A stretch of DNA of 64,000 bases from assembly GCA_000091205.1 (NCBI GenBank), contig AP006497.2; one strand, written 5' to 3'. The first letter of the stretch is position 1. Each line of letters starts with the position of its first letter. Shown here in pieces: positions 51,347 to 63,268 of this stretch. This DNA is from Cyanidioschyzon merolae (lineage: Eukaryota). The notes beneath the pieces are model-generated. The model was not told the origin of the DNA. It saw only the letters and a list, made by a program, of their open reading frames with translations, and did not search any database. The position numbers and the translations under genes are program-made.

Positions 51347-52177
51347 TTATGGAGGAAAGCGAAGTATTGGCGGTTCAAGTCTAGCAAGACCTGAACCCGA
51401 CCGTCCGGGTGACAGGTGCGCCTTTTCAGTCACCGGCAAGTGATCCTCCTCCGGGAAAGGCTCCTCGTCAAATGGCATGAGAAGTGGTGTTTTCTCGCGC
51501 GGCAGACCGCTTGGAGATAGCGAGCACAGCATCCCATGGACCAGGCGGTGCTCTCTACTTGGATCCAGATCTATATCCTGTTCGGCGAACGAAACAAGCG
51601 GCTCGTAGAAGAGCGGATCCGTTTCTGGCACGGAGATGGCATTCGGAACGATCTCTGGTTCCGGAATACCGTCGTCGTGATCCAGTAGCCTCGCATCCAG
51701 AGCCACGACATCCGGTGAAGCGAGTTGCGCATCCAGGTGCCTCCGCGAGGCATCGCTGGCAAACTGCGAAAGCGGTTCATAGAAAGCTACCTCCGCAGCA
51801 CCGGGCGGCGGTTGCGTGGCGAGACCCCAGGATGTCCTGCTCGTCGGCGTCGCCTTTCGACCAGTTTCTGGAGACTTTTCACGCGCTCTCCGGCCTCGCG
51901 GTGTCCGGTGCACATAGTGCTTCTTCTGCTGAACTTGCCCATCGATTCGTGGAATATTCGCAGCGTCACCCAGGGGTCGACGCCGCGCTCTGACCTCCGA
52001 GGCTGCCGCTACGTTCTGCCCGAGCTTGCTGGTCGCTACCTGTTGCCAGTTTTCTTTTTCCGTCGCCTCTCTTTCTCGAGAAAGGTGTGTGTCACTATCA
52101 GAACTCCAAACTGCAGCGCTTGCTGGTCGTTCCCTCATGCGCGCAGTCTTCCCCGTACCCTGAACACACACACACAC
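51347..52177 (-). CDS. Hypothetical, probably disordered protein with a duplicated FYEPL(S/V)xFA short motif; very uncertain
   Basis: 276-aa ORF. Hydrophilic, with two copies of (A/L)FYEPL(S/V)(Q/S)FA about 50 aa apart. No family recognised. Could be non-coding. Confidence 0.25.
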   Translation of the reverse strand: MCVCVQGTGKTARMRERPASAAVWSSDSDTHLSREREATEKENWQQVATSKLGQNVAAASEVRARRRPLGDAANIPRIDGQVQQKKHYVHRTPRGRRAREKSPETGRKATPTSRTSWGLATQPPPGAAEVAFYEPLSQFASDASRRHLDAQLASPDVVALDARLLDHDDGIPEPEIVPNAISVPETDPLFYEPLVSFAEQDIDLDPSREHRLVHGMLCSLSPSGLPREKTPLLMPFDEEPFPEEDHLPVTEKAHLSPGRSGSGLARLEPPILRFPP

Positions 52178-52181
52178 ACAC
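52164..52181. repeat. (CA)n microsatellite
   Basis: acacacacacacacacac. Confidence 0.9.
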
Positions 52182-52350
52182 GCAAGTCACCACTGCTTCA
52201 GGTGACTACTTGACGCAGTCGCAGTTCCAAGAGCGCTGCCCACAAGGATGCGGCCCGTAAAACGCCGCGCGATACACGAGCAGGCGTCTCGTGCTCGGCC
52301 GCCGCGTCACCACCGAGCGCTCGCTGCAGAATACAGGGCTCCTGGATCTG

Positions 52351-52391
52351 CCGCTGCGGCTGCTGCGGCTGCTGCGGCTGCGGCTGCGGCC
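52351..52391. repeat. (GCTGCG/GCT)n microsatellite
   Basis: ccgctgcggctgctgcggctgctgcggctgcggctgcggcc. Confidence 0.9.
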
Positions 52392-53689
52392 GTCCGTTTC
52401 AGCATTCCGCCACCGTTACGAATGATCGCGATGCCGCGCTGGCATTCGTGGCGATTTGAATTTGGAAAGCACGGGACCAAGATAGTACAATAATGAATTA
52501 TAAGGTACAGTTATATACCTGTTCAAGGTGAGCGCTTGCGATCGGACAGTATCCAGGCGGCAGCCATGTGTGCGTCCACGAAACGGTCGCCGCAAGCAAG
52601 CTGCAAACACTTTGCTGTGCCTAACTTGCCGCAGTTCCGCGTTGTGCGACGACGTCTTGCGATAGACTAGTGCTTCATCAGGCTGCACTAGGTCTTGCAG
52701 TTGGCGAACAAGCAAACGAAGCGCTGCTTTCCAGAACGAACAATACTACATTGCAAGTCGACTCCTGGTGTGGAACGGCTCGGAGCGGACGCTCGAGTCG
52801 CGGGCGGCCTTAGTGTGTTGGAGTGCAGGTCCGAGTTGCTGCGCATAGCACTGACCGAACGTACTTACGTATTGCGCATCGGTTCAGCGGGAATCTCTTG
52901 GTGGTCGCACTGCACTCGAGCCGCTTCTCACAACCGTTAGCGCACCTGCTTTGACGCACAGAGTCTGCGCAGGTGCCGAGTGCCCGCGTACGACTCGACG
53001 TGCACTGTTGTCAACCGGCAGGCTGCATTTCTCGCAGCATCAACGTGCCATTTCAGGACGGTCAGAAATTCCAACGGACTAGACGGAACGTTGGCACTGC
53101 ACCGCCACGTGGTTGCTTGCAGCTGATACGCACTGGCACACAGCGGCCTTCTCGCAGGCCTCGTTTTCGGTCGCTTCCGTCGAGAACACTCAGACTGGAG
53201 GCTGGGTGTGATTCTTCCGATTCCTCGTTTGCTCATTCTAGCTTGCTACTAATGCTTGGGAACACAAGACGCTCGCGAGGTTCGTTCTCTATACAGATTC
53301 CACCTTACATGCAGCAGTTCCCGCTCTGGTGGTTATGCAGTCTCGCCAGCGGATACCCCGAATGCCCAGAGAATCCAGGGTCCAGCCTCCAATACCTCTG
53401 GCATCGTGTGCAGCTCTCCGCTGCACCATGGAACCAGTTCATGCAGCAGCAACTCTGTGCGCTGCAGGACTCGTGGATATTTTCGACGCTGCAAGCCACC
53501 GGCGATAGCTTCTCGAATCCCCCAGCGGTATCCTGGCCACTAGCTCGAGGTTTGAGCGTTGCGCTCGACTCCCAGTGGACTCAAATTCGAAAACGAATCA
53601 CCGAATACGTCAAGCCGTTGACGCTGGAGTCGATACCCACCCGCGTGCCGTACTTGGCGTCGCTTGAGGAGCGCCTCCGTCCTTCTCGT

Positions 53690-54832
53690 ATGCTCGAGTG
53701 CCAAAAGCATCTCTGGGGACGGATTCAGTCAAGATCCGCGCAGTCTAACTCGGAGTCGCGGAGTTCCGTGCGAGCCACCTCGGACAACAGCAACCGCTAC
53801 AGCGAGTGGCTTGCCATCGTGTTGACCATCGGTGCTACCGCGCTCTTTCTCCGCTGGATCTACATGGGTGTGCATCGATATCCAACCGCCGCGCATCTGC
53901 CTCCTCATTATCTGGCACTGCGAAATCCCCGAACCGGGAAAATCGATGCGGGTCGACAGCTTCATGGTCTCGTCGTGCATGTTGGTGATGGAGACAACTT
54001 TCGCGTACTGCATACACCGTGGCTTCTGCGTTGGTGGATCCGTCTGCGTTGGCGTCTGAGTGGCGGGCAGCTGCCCTACAAGGGGAATCTCTCGAGTCAG
54101 ACTATTCATGTTCGCCTCGCTGGAGTTGACGCACCAGAGTGCGCTCACTTTGGGCTTGCTGGACAGCGGTTCGGACCTCAGGCACGAGCATGGCTACAAC
54201 GCACCCTATTAAACCAGCCGGTGAAGCTCTTGCTGTACCAGCGCGATCGGTATGGACGAATCGTTGCGCACGTCTGGCGTCCGCGACGCATACCGCTGCT
54301 CGGGCCGTTGTTGCCCGGACTTAACGTCAGTCTCGAAATGGTTCGTGCCGGCTACGCGGAAGTTTATCGGGGAGCTGGCGCCTGCTACGGTCATCTCCGG
54401 GAAGCGCTCGAGTTGGCTGAGCGGCAGGCCCAAAAACGTCGTCTGGGCATGTGGGCGCGCTCGGGTAGCCATTTTCTCTCGTGTGCTGGTCACGTTGCCA
54501 TCCAGAGTACGCGGAAACTACGTAGCTCGCCATGGCAGCAGCTCATGGGCGCCCTCACTCGACCCAGTGCGTACAAACGACTCGTACAGGTAGTCAAACA
54601 ACCGTGCGGCTCTTCCCCGGACTGGAAAACAGCCCCGGCATCTCGAGTGGCAACTGCGATTGCCGTATCTGCGTCTCGCACTCCACACCAGCAGGGGCGA
54701 CTCTTGGCGAGTAGAATCCCCCCGAAAACGACCTCCTCATCAGTCCTTCAGATCAGGCCGCGTCTGCTGCTTCGAGCGCTCAGCACCGCGCTGTGTCAAC
54801 GATCAAGAAAGCGCCACATCCTCGGATCCTAG
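53690..54832 (+). CDS. LCL3-like membrane-anchored staphylococcal-nuclease (SNase/thermonuclease)-fold endonuclease
   Basis: TM helix WLAIVLTIGATALFLRWIYMGV, then an SNase-like domain: VVHVGDGDNFRVLH…VRLAGVDAPE…GQRFGPQARAWLQ…LLLYQRDRYGRIVAHV…NVSLEMVRAGYAEVYRG…AQKRRLGMW. Same order as yeast Lcl3. The ORF actually opens at 52973; the ATG at 53690 is the last one before the TM helix. The C-terminal tail of about 120 aa is low complexity. Confidence 0.65.
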   Translation: MLECQKHLWGRIQSRSAQSNSESRSSVRATSDNSNRYSEWLAIVLTIGATALFLRWIYMGVHRYPTAAHLPPHYLALRNPRTGKIDAGRQLHGLVVHVGDGDNFRVLHTPWLLRWWIRLRWRLSGGQLPYKGNLSSQTIHVRLAGVDAPECAHFGLAGQRFGPQARAWLQRTLLNQPVKLLLYQRDRYGRIVAHVWRPRRIPLLGPLLPGLNVSLEMVRAGYAEVYRGAGACYGHLREALELAERQAQKRRLGMWARSGSHFLSCAGHVAIQSTRKLRSSPWQQLMGALTRPSAYKRLVQVVKQPCGSSPDWKTAPASRVATAIAVSASRTPHQQGRLLASRIPPKTTSSSVLQIRPRLLLRALSTALCQRSRKRHILGS

Positions 54833-55166
54833 TCGCTTTTCGGGCATCGCAAGCACGTCATGAGCGTCGATGCGCATTGGGTCTCATGAGCGCATTCGCT
54901 GCCGCATGTACGCATCTGTGCATCTGCGTATACGAAAGCACCCCAGCACACACGCAAGTGCACAGGGTACTCGCGTGCAACCAGCCGTGCAGTATAGGGC
55001 TTTCCTCGGCACATAAACACGCACAAGTGCTGGAGACTTTCCAGCTGTCGTTGCTGCCGCCTTCGCTTGGGGATTGCATCGGCTCCGCGTGTCGAATGAC
55101 GCGCACTTCGCTGAAGACGCACACCTGGGGCATGGTTCATCCCTGGTTTCCCGTCCATGGAACGTC

Positions 55167-56936
55167 CTAGGGCACCGCCGTCTCAGCGTCGCCGGTGCCC
55201 GAGTCTGCAGCTGGAACGGTTGTACGCGATGGATTCGGCGCCTGCAAAAGCTGTTCGCTGCGCTCGGCAACGCGGAAGAGACGAGCCGCCAAATCCTCAT
55301 GCGCTCGCTGATAGTGCGGTGGCGCCTCTTCGTAGAACACCTCCGGGGAAGAGGCAGCGGCCGCACTCGGAAACATGCGGTCTGTCTTGCGGAGCACCAG
55401 GAGGTACCGTCGTAAATCGCCCCGCATGCGCTGACAACAGGGTACTCCGATGTACTCGAACGATGCATGGCGTGGGAGGTCGTATGCCGTTAGCGCCGCT
55501 ACCGCCGGTAACCAGAAAACCAGGCGACCTCCTGGACAGAGCACTCGCGCTGCCAACCTGAAAAGTGCTTCTAGATGGGCAGCAAAAGGCGCCCGACGCC
55601 GTCTCATGGTTCGGGAGGTGCGCTCCTCGTCGGAGTCGCCAGCACACGCTCGCGATGCCTGCCGAGTGCCCTCGCGGATACCGTACGGAGGATCACACAC
55701 GATCGCATCACACCAGCCGAAGCGTTCCGGACGTGCCGGGTCCGGGACTGCCCAGGCGGGCTCCAGCAAGTCCATGCGCACGAGCTCCGGCCACTGATGC
55801 CGTGGAATCCCATAAAAGCGAAAGTTGTCCAGGATATGGTATCGTTGAGCGATGTTCCGATCATGCGTACGAGCCTCTAGAGCGTGCACACGATTCGTTG
55901 CGTTTGCTGGATGCTCTTCGATGGTACTGGTGGTGCAGGTTCGCCCCGGAGACGCCCGCAGCAGCGTTATCTGCGAGTCGGATTTTGTCTGGGATTCTCG
56001 CCCAGCAGTACCGTTCCTATGCCTTCGTCGTGCCGTATGACTGGTGCCGTACAGCACCCAGCGATCGAGGTCGGAGCCGAGGACCTGGCTCGCACCCAGT
56101 ACTGCACTAGCAATCAGGATAGAGCCGGTTCCCACGTACGGGTCCAGAACCGTCTGACCGGGTCCAATGCCAGCCACATTGGCCATGAGAAACGCTAATT
56201 CTGCGTCCATGGACGTCGTTCCGATAAACGGTCTCGCCGACAAGCGGTATCGATGAACGGGGCAGAGCTGGCCGCCGGGGGCGAGTCGGCGTCCCACAAG
56301 GACGCGAGCTCCACAGTCGGCAGCCAGCTCGTGATCCTCCAAGAGTGCAATGCGCTCAACGTCGTCTCCAGAGAGTTGAATAGTCCTCTGTTCCACAGTT
56401 GTCCAGTGGTCAAGCAGCTTTGCGTATATCTGAAGGTTTCGTTGCTGCTGTGTCATGGAAAGACGCTTCCCATGGCTCGCCTGCTCGAAGCGAAAATAAG
56501 ACGCGTCTTTCGGCAATGCATATTTAAGACCGCCCGCTTTACAAAGAGAATCGAGAAGTGCAGCGCAGTCCGCATGCGACGTGCCACTGCACCATAGGCG
56601 ATAAACTGCGTGCACGAGAACAGCTCGACGGGCCACTGCTCGAGCTTCTGCGTCTGTGAGACCGAGACTCACAGCGAATGCGCTTTGTTGATGTCGATGT
56701 AATATGCACTGCTCCGTAACACCGAATACGCGGTGACTGAGGTCTCCACCGGAGTGCTCTGGCGAGCTGCTAGCCGCGGAGGCGTCCAGGGCTTCCGGTG
56801 CGCGCACCGTGTCGAACAGGCACTGGAGCTCGAGATCCGCAAACGTTTTCGGGTGGTTTGAACGACGCCACCATATGTGGTACGTCCTAACATTATCATT
56901 GGTGTCCAGATCGCCCCGGCGAAAGCAGTTGCACAT
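55167..56936 (-). CDS. TRM11: tRNA (guanine10-N2)-methyltransferase catalytic subunit Trm11 (THUMP + class-I MTase)
   Basis: FIGTTSMDAELAFLMANVAGIGPGQTVLDPYVGTGSILIASA…G.DLD and DAIVCDPPYGIREG (the DPPY methyltransferase motif), with an N-terminal THUMP-like region. Contains a lineage-specific insertion of about 90 aa between MTase motifs. Confidence 0.85.
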   Translation of the reverse strand: MCNCFRRGDLDTNDNVRTYHIWWRRSNHPKTFADLELQCLFDTVRAPEALDASAASSSPEHSGGDLSHRVFGVTEQCILHRHQQSAFAVSLGLTDAEARAVARRAVLVHAVYRLWCSGTSHADCAALLDSLCKAGGLKYALPKDASYFRFEQASHGKRLSMTQQQRNLQIYAKLLDHWTTVEQRTIQLSGDDVERIALLEDHELAADCGARVLVGRRLAPGGQLCPVHRYRLSARPFIGTTSMDAELAFLMANVAGIGPGQTVLDPYVGTGSILIASAVLGASQVLGSDLDRWVLYGTSHTARRRHRNGTAGRESQTKSDSQITLLRASPGRTCTTSTIEEHPANATNRVHALEARTHDRNIAQRYHILDNFRFYGIPRHQWPELVRMDLLEPAWAVPDPARPERFGWCDAIVCDPPYGIREGTRQASRACAGDSDEERTSRTMRRRRAPFAAHLEALFRLAARVLCPGGRLVFWLPAVAALTAYDLPRHASFEYIGVPCCQRMRGDLRRYLLVLRKTDRMFPSAAAASSPEVFYEEAPPHYQRAHEDLAARLFRVAERSEQLLQAPNPSRTTVPAADSGTGDAETAVP

Positions 56937-57149
56937 GAACAGAATGGAGCACGGTGGATACCGTTCCCAGCGGGCACGCAGACGGGTTGGTGTGGCGGGT
57001 GTGCGCTGCCGACTTGAGTGGAAAAGCTGCAGTGGCCGTTTTGTTTGAATTGTCGCATAAGTAACGCTCGCGCTTATGGCCGATCATCTGCAGGCGTCGT
57101 CTCAGCGCTACAACGGTCTCGTGCAGCGCTGCCGAAACCCCGCTTCCAC

Positions 57150-57430
57150 GTGCTGCAAGTTGCGCTTTGCGTGCTTGATACTGGTGTGTTGGCTCGATTG
57201 CGGTATTCTGGGTGCTGTTCCTGTGTCCGAAATACGATTTGCGAGGCGGCAGTCTATCGTCGGGTTTGTTCCGCTGGCCCATCTATAACGCTAGCGAGCT
57301 GAGCACCGTGTAGCGCCGGTGTACCGCGTGCCCCAGTAACGTGCAACGCGATTGCTCCTGGTGCGTCCTGATAGACGCTTGGGTACTGGGTTCGATTACG
57401 GTATCTCCTGTGTACTCGCAGTAGTGGCTC
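57150..57430. promoter_or_regulatory. Divergent TRM11 / RRM-protein promoter region containing an internally duplicated segment of about 70 bp
   Basis: cttgatactggtgtgttggctcgattgcggtattctgggtgctgttcctgtgt (57166-57218) reappears as cttgggtactgggttcgattacggtatctcctgtgtact (57369-57407). Both lie between two divergently transcribed genes 585 bp apart. Confidence 0.4.
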
Positions 57431-57520
57431 AAATCGTAATCAGCTGAAAATTCGAAAGTGAAGTGGCTTGCCGCGCAGGTGCACGCCTATTCTTGGTACT
57501 TTTGTTCGTGATCCTCGACC

Positions 57521-58741
57521 ATGGTTGGTGTCGTCAATAGGAGCATCACATCGCAACCGTCCCTGATGCACGCTGAGGCGGGAGACGCGTCGCCGGATGC
57601 TGATGGGAGTTCTAGTACGCCGGACGCGACGGTAACGGATACACTGCGACGGACGGTGTTCGTTGGCAACGTTCCAGCTACCATACGCAGACGCAAACTG
57701 GAGGCGCTGTTTCGTTCCTGTGGCAAAATTGTTTCATCCCGTCTCCGGTCGTTCACACCTGCAAAGCCGAACCTGCCTCGAAAGGCGGCCATGAATCAAG
57801 GCGCCATCCATCCTACCAGGCGAACATGCAACGCGTTTTTAGTTTTCGAGGATGATGTTGCGGTGGAACGTGCCTTGCTCCTGAATGGTACCCCACTCGA
57901 GACAGACGATGGTAGTCAAGTGCACATGCGCGTTGATCGTTGTTACCTTGCCCCGCAAAAGATGCGTGAACAGCGTACGACACGAGCGGATACCGGCACC
58001 GGCGATGCCGCGGCACCATCGTACACGTCGCCAGACGCTCTGAGTGCGAAAATCGCCTGGGATCATCGACATTCTATCTTCATCGGAAACGTACCATTTA
58101 CTGCAAACGAAGAAGAGATTCGGAGCGTTTTCAGTGACTGTGGTGCAATTTTGAACGTGCGCATTGTTCGAGATGCCCAGACTGGAATGGGAAAAGGTTT
58201 CGCATATGTGACGTTTGCCCCAGAGGCCAATATGGACCTTGCTCTGAGTCGTCACGAGACTGTGCAGCTGCACGGACGCCTTCTTCGGGTAGAGCGTTCC
58301 GTTGAGCGTCTGGCGAATCGACGTGCGCAGCATGGCAAAACCGACAGCCGCAGCAATGCAGGAAACGGCGCTAGAACGGCTGATTCGCGACGGAAACAAA
58401 CGCCGCGTCATAAGGGTAGAGGAGCTGCTCGCGATTCGCAGACTACCTCGAAGCGTGCGAAGCGGGAGCGATCAGCGAAACGGGCTATGATACCGAAAGC
58501 AGGTCGACGCAAGGGCGCCAAGCGTCGCGCTGGGTCTAACTTGGGTTCACCAGTGAAAGAAGTCGCCGCAGATGCGCTGCCGCCCTTTGCTGGCCGGGTT
58601 GCTGATCCGAGTACCACACCCTTCTCGCGACCGAAGCACCGACGCCGAAAACGGGGCCCGGGAGTCTCAGGCAATGCAGGTGTCTCGAAGCGTGTGCGAA
58701 AACAAAGCAAAATAGGCAAGCCGAGGAAGCGGGTGCGCTAG
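57521..58741 (+). CDS. Nucleolar RNA-binding protein with two RRMs and a basic C-terminus (RBM34 / Nop12-like)
   Basis: RRM1 has RNP2 VFVGNV and RNP1-like CNAFLVF. RRM2 has RNP2 IFIGNVPF and RNP1 KGFAYVTF. They are followed by a Lys/Arg-rich tail (…KGRGAARDSQTTSKRAKRERSAKRA…KRRKRG…KPRKRVR). Confidence 0.75.
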   Translation: MVGVVNRSITSQPSLMHAEAGDASPDADGSSSTPDATVTDTLRRTVFVGNVPATIRRRKLEALFRSCGKIVSSRLRSFTPAKPNLPRKAAMNQGAIHPTRRTCNAFLVFEDDVAVERALLLNGTPLETDDGSQVHMRVDRCYLAPQKMREQRTTRADTGTGDAAAPSYTSPDALSAKIAWDHRHSIFIGNVPFTANEEEIRSVFSDCGAILNVRIVRDAQTGMGKGFAYVTFAPEANMDLALSRHETVQLHGRLLRVERSVERLANRRAQHGKTDSRSNAGNGARTADSRRKQTPRHKGRGAARDSQTTSKRAKRERSAKRAMIPKAGRRKGAKRRAGSNLGSPVKEVAADALPPFAGRVADPSTTPFSRPKHRRRKRGPGVSGNAGVSKRVRKQSKIGKPRKRVR

Positions 58742-60547
58742 CTTGCAATGGCCCTTCAGAAGGACGTCATCCTTGTGTGTGCACAGATGCTCGGCGTGCT
58801 GGAGATGCAAATCACCAGGGTGGAAGCACCCGGTGACTTGCAGCCAGATCCAGTGATGAATCCATAGGTCATACGAGAAATCGATCTGCACAGCTATAAC
58901 GCTCATTCGACTCGCAACTTGTCAGTGATTCTTTCGAAAGCGTCCCAGGAAAACGTGGACATGGAGTCGAAACCGCATGATACCCCAAAAACAAATCCGT
59001 TTCATAACACCAGACCTCTAGATCCATGGCGTGTCTGTGTCCGTCATCGATGCACTCAGCGACGAAGGATCGTTCAAAACTGGTCCGCGAAAAACGCTAC
59101 CGACGATTGTTCTAATTCACAGACGGAGACCCACTCATGTCCGATTGAGTGCGAGGTCCCTTGCTTGACCTCAGATTCGTGTGTCTCACGCGTGAACGCC
59201 AAGAAATACCCTGGTCAGGGGGCACCCCAAAGGCACGTGCAATCTGCATGGTGCACTTGTTGTAACGCTAGCGAAATCGTCGCTGGGATGCTTTCATGAT
59301 GTAGCCAGCGGTTCGTTGCCTTGTCTCTGAAGCGTTCTCGAGAAAGCTCCCGACGCTTTGTCCTTGGGTCTGATGGCTCGCATGCTTCGAGTATTCATTC
59401 TCGCTGGTGTGGAGCACCAAGCCGAATGGCATTTCGGTGCGAAGGGCCAGCATGATTCGAGCGTTTGTGCCGCTGCGCAGTATCAGCGGCAGAGGCAGTG
59501 TCCTCTGGAGGCCAGCACCTATCCGGCAACGAAGAATGCCACACAAGTGAATGACAGCACTTGATCGTATTCCAAGATATGCTTTCGTGCGCTCTGGGTG
59601 AACCGTGCGCCGCCCAGGGAGAACGCTCATGACGCGCGTACTCGCTCCCTCGCTCACGACAATTCTGGAGGCCGATGCTTGCTGATCGGAGGCGAGGCGC
59701 CCGCTGCGTCTCGACAAGTGCCAAAACCTTGGGTCGTAGGCTGCACAGGGAAACATATTGAGGTTCGCTTGGCGCCGCTTCAAACGGAAACGGCACGTCT
59801 AGTGCGTTGAAATATGTGCAAGGAGCTTGGTGCTTCTGAAAAGACGCGAACTCGATTGCGCTTTGTACTGTCGCTGGTGCTCAGCGCAAACGGGAGCACG
59901 TAGCATACGCAGCATATTGTTGCAAGATGAGGGTGCTCGGCACAGGTCTATGGCGGGTTCGGGAACGGCCACCATGCTGTGGTGACCAAACTCATGACGA
60001 GGCGTTCTGTTGAGGCTTGTAGACTTGGCTGGCCTCCTTGAAATGTTTTTTCCTTCCTGCGATTCTCTACAATATCGAATTATGGAATACCATGATGCCT
60101 CATAGATTGTCCGGGAAAATCGGAACCATCATCAGACATATGGATATATGCAGCGCTCCAGCTGCTCTGCAAGTGCTGAACCGTACCGTCGCAGTGCCTT
60201 GCAGCACCAAGCACGAGTCGAAACCTGCTTCCAATGGTCACTGTCCTTTTTCCAGTTTACGACTGCAACGATTTACGATCATGTCCACATTGAGTACGAA
60301 AGCATTCCCGCCGAACGTTCGCTGGATGCAAAGCTGTTGGACGCTCCGAGAGCACGGGAACTTTCCATATCTTGATCGGGGCGCTGAGCGCTCGGTGCAG
60401 AGACAGCAAGCGCACGTGTTTGCTGGTTGAATCGCACCGCGGAAAGCCTCTCACCTTGCATTGCCTCGCTATCTGAGGTTCGTTCAGCTCACCGTGCACC
60501 ATCTCTTGCATCCGTCACTGTTTCATACGCTTTGCTCAACCGGTTTC

Positions 60548-60566
60548 AGTGTGTGTGTGTGTGTGT
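60548..60566. repeat. (GT)n microsatellite
   Basis: gtgtgtgtgtgtgtgtgtc. Confidence 0.85.
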
Positions 60567-63242
60567 CTTGTCTTGAACCCAGCGTTGGGTATCGCACGGA
60601 ATCGATTCCTGCATTCATTGTATGCGCTTGTCAAAGGCAGAGGAGTGCAGTCCTCACGTTGGATCGTACGTCCAAGGAAATCGACAACCAGGAGAGACGG
60701 CACGACTTGTTAGTCATCTCTTTTTTCAACGCATGGGACAAGGTAGCGAATGCGTGCTGCTTGCCACAGTAGAATCGCGGTCATTGGCGAACCTTGCGCT
60801 GTCTCATGTACGACCGGCCAAGATCGTCCACATGAGTCATGTAGATGCTCGTGCACGCTCGGAACGAAGCGTATTTTGCATCCCGCCTCTGCTCGATACG
60901 CTACGCAGAGCGTCGAGATACCTCCTCACGCCAGCACTCGTCTTGTACGCTCGCCTCTGGGCGCTCATCATGTATGGTGCCCAATGATGCAGGACCCTGG
61001 ATTCATTGTACAGCTTCATCTGCTTTCTTTTTCATCCATTCGGCTGCGGTCTCTTGATTTAGAGGTACGGCATCGGGCGTGACGCACATGAGCTGGGGAT
61101 CCACGCCCCCAGCAAAGTCTCCCTCTTTATCTACCTTGAACAGTTTAGAAAAAGCTACGTTGCCTGACTGAGGTCGAGGTTTCACAAGAATGCCTGCAGA
61201 TGCATCGTCCTTCCGTATCTATCGTCACTGTGAACCGCTTTCCAATTCAGTCCGCGAACGAGAAAACCTGGCATGAGCTCCGCCAATGTCTTTTGCGAGC
61301 TTGTTCGAAGGCTCCTCGCTTGTTCGTGCGGACGAGCCGCCGCCATGACGGAGGCCATTCACTACATTCCACAGGTATCCATTGGATTACAAAAGGACTT
61401 GATGTGGCATACAGAGACCGTCTCGAATAGACGCTTGGAGAAGCTGTGGCACTCGCACTGGGTAAGCGAGTCTGCGTTGCTCTAAAGGGATCTGTACGAG
61501 ACAAAATTGCAGCGCAAGACTGAAGCAGGCTAGGCATCACGCTCCAATGATCCTTCGCGTAAGACGTCCGTCTGTCCGAAGCCCACACCAACACCATGAG
61601 CTCGGACGATCTGAAGCAACGCTCGCTCTCGTTGCAACATCTGTGCTGAACTCGTTACCACGCCGAGCTCTTCCTGCATCAGCTCCTCATTTGTGTCCAT
61701 CGACACGCTGAGGGTGCCTTGTAGCAGTGCCCCCGTTCTGTGCCAGTGCGTTGAGCAACGCTCGGGTACACCGCTCACGGGGCATACCGCATGAAGCGCA
61801 CGAGACTGACCCTCGATATCGTTTACGAGGTTGGTTTCTTGTTGCTGGCGCCTGCGCTTTCCAAGTCCTGACCGGTGACGTGCGCCACGACGACGCGTCA
61901 CCGTATTCCAGGAAGCTTCTGCGCGAATCTCTGATCCTATCATGAGGCTGTATTGCGTCTCCTGCTCCCAAGCATCGGTGTATGAACGACGTTTGGATTG
62001 CATTATGCCAAACGAATGAGGATAGCTAAGAGCCTTACGGCGGTACCTCGTACAAACAGTTGGTTGATGAGATGCTTCGATTCGAGGGAAGCGAAGCGAG
62101 AATTCCTCGATTAGGAAGCGATCCAAATCCTGATTGCGTGCTGCATGTTTCGTTATCACGTGTGCGAACGACTCTTCTCTTGATCACTGGGCGAAAGCAT
62201 CACGTGCGGCCATAGAGAATACGACTTTGACCGGACTGAACCTGGAGCCTGAAGGCGCCATACAGGGCAGCTCGACGCTCATCACAGCTTCGTGCTCCAT
62301 GACGGCTTTTGAGTGATAAAAAGCGACGTAATCCAAGAGCGAACCAGATGAATGTGGGAATCAGAAGCCGCGAAGAGTACCTCGACGAACCGCGAGCTCT
62401 TGATCGCTGCTACCCGAACGGTAATTTGGATACATCCACCCGATAGAATCGCCAGTCGCGTTGATCTTGTCGTCAATACCGCGTTTCGCTTCGTAACGAC
62501 CAAATACTTGTCCCGCTTTGAGTCCTCGTGTTCGGCTCTAGCGTTCCTCCCCAATAAACTACCATTGGCTGAGACGAACCTCCGTCCATACTGCCAAAAG
62601 CGTTCGCAGTCCATTTCGAAATCGATTGTAGGCTGAGCAACGCACGACGGTCTCCGACAGAAACACCCGTTTTTGTCTGTCCATCGGTGTTTCTTCATCG
62701 CCGCTGGTATCAAAGGGAGAAAGCTTTACATGATGTGGCTGTTTTGTTCGTATTTTTAACAAGAAAACGTATGCAGTGGAATGGATTCACGACGAGGCAG
62801 CCGTTCAGATTCCGTTTGTAAAGTTCTGTTTTGCGTAAGCGCCCTTCGGGGTAACGACAAAGAGACGATTGGTTCATCCACCTGCTAACCATCGAATGTC
62901 TGAGTCGCAGAACCCAAGAGGCTTTTCTCGCAAGCTACCAATGACATTGTAACGTACTTCACCGACTCTTCTGTAAATCCACGGACATGCCTTCCATGCT
63001 GCACAGGAGAGAATCCAGTGAAAGCCGAGAATCACCAGCTGCTACAAGCATTCCAAAGTGCACCTCTCACAGAGCACCGTTGTGGGACGACCACCAGTAC
63101 CAACAACAGCTCTTTCCGCCAAGCGCTACGAGCACGTTTCCCGAGCTTCACTCCGAACTTTGGACAGGGTTTTTGCGGTGCTCGCGTATCAGGCGCTCAC
63201 TCTAGTACATCGACCAGTTCGCGTCTAATACCGAGTACCTCC

Positions 63243-63268
63243 TGTGTGTGTGTGTGTGTGTGCGCGCG
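63243..63268. repeat. (TG)n(CG)n microsatellite just upstream of the J-protein gene
   Basis: tgtgtgtgtgtgtgtgtgtgcgcgcg. Confidence 0.9.

Noticed and set aside
52973-53689. 5' 239 codons of the long ORF containing the LCL3-like nuclease
   Set aside because: No homology to Lcl3 or other families upstream of the TM helix. Sequence is Ser/Arg/Pro-rich and is probably 5' UTR or spacer read through in frame by chance. The gene start was placed at 53690, but this is uncertain.
57369-57400. tRNA B-box-like sequence gggttcgattacgg
   Set aside because: Flanking sequence cannot be folded into a T-arm or acceptor stem. No A box or D-arm upstream. It is part of the duplicated promoter segment.
61003-61185. 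60-aa minus-strand ORF MKPRPQSGNVAFSKLFKVDKEGDFAGGVDP…
   Set aside because: Looked briefly like a small conserved protein. Its codon usage is AT-rich at third positions, unlike every confident gene here, and no family could be assigned. It is left as part of the unexplained 58.7–63.6 kb region.
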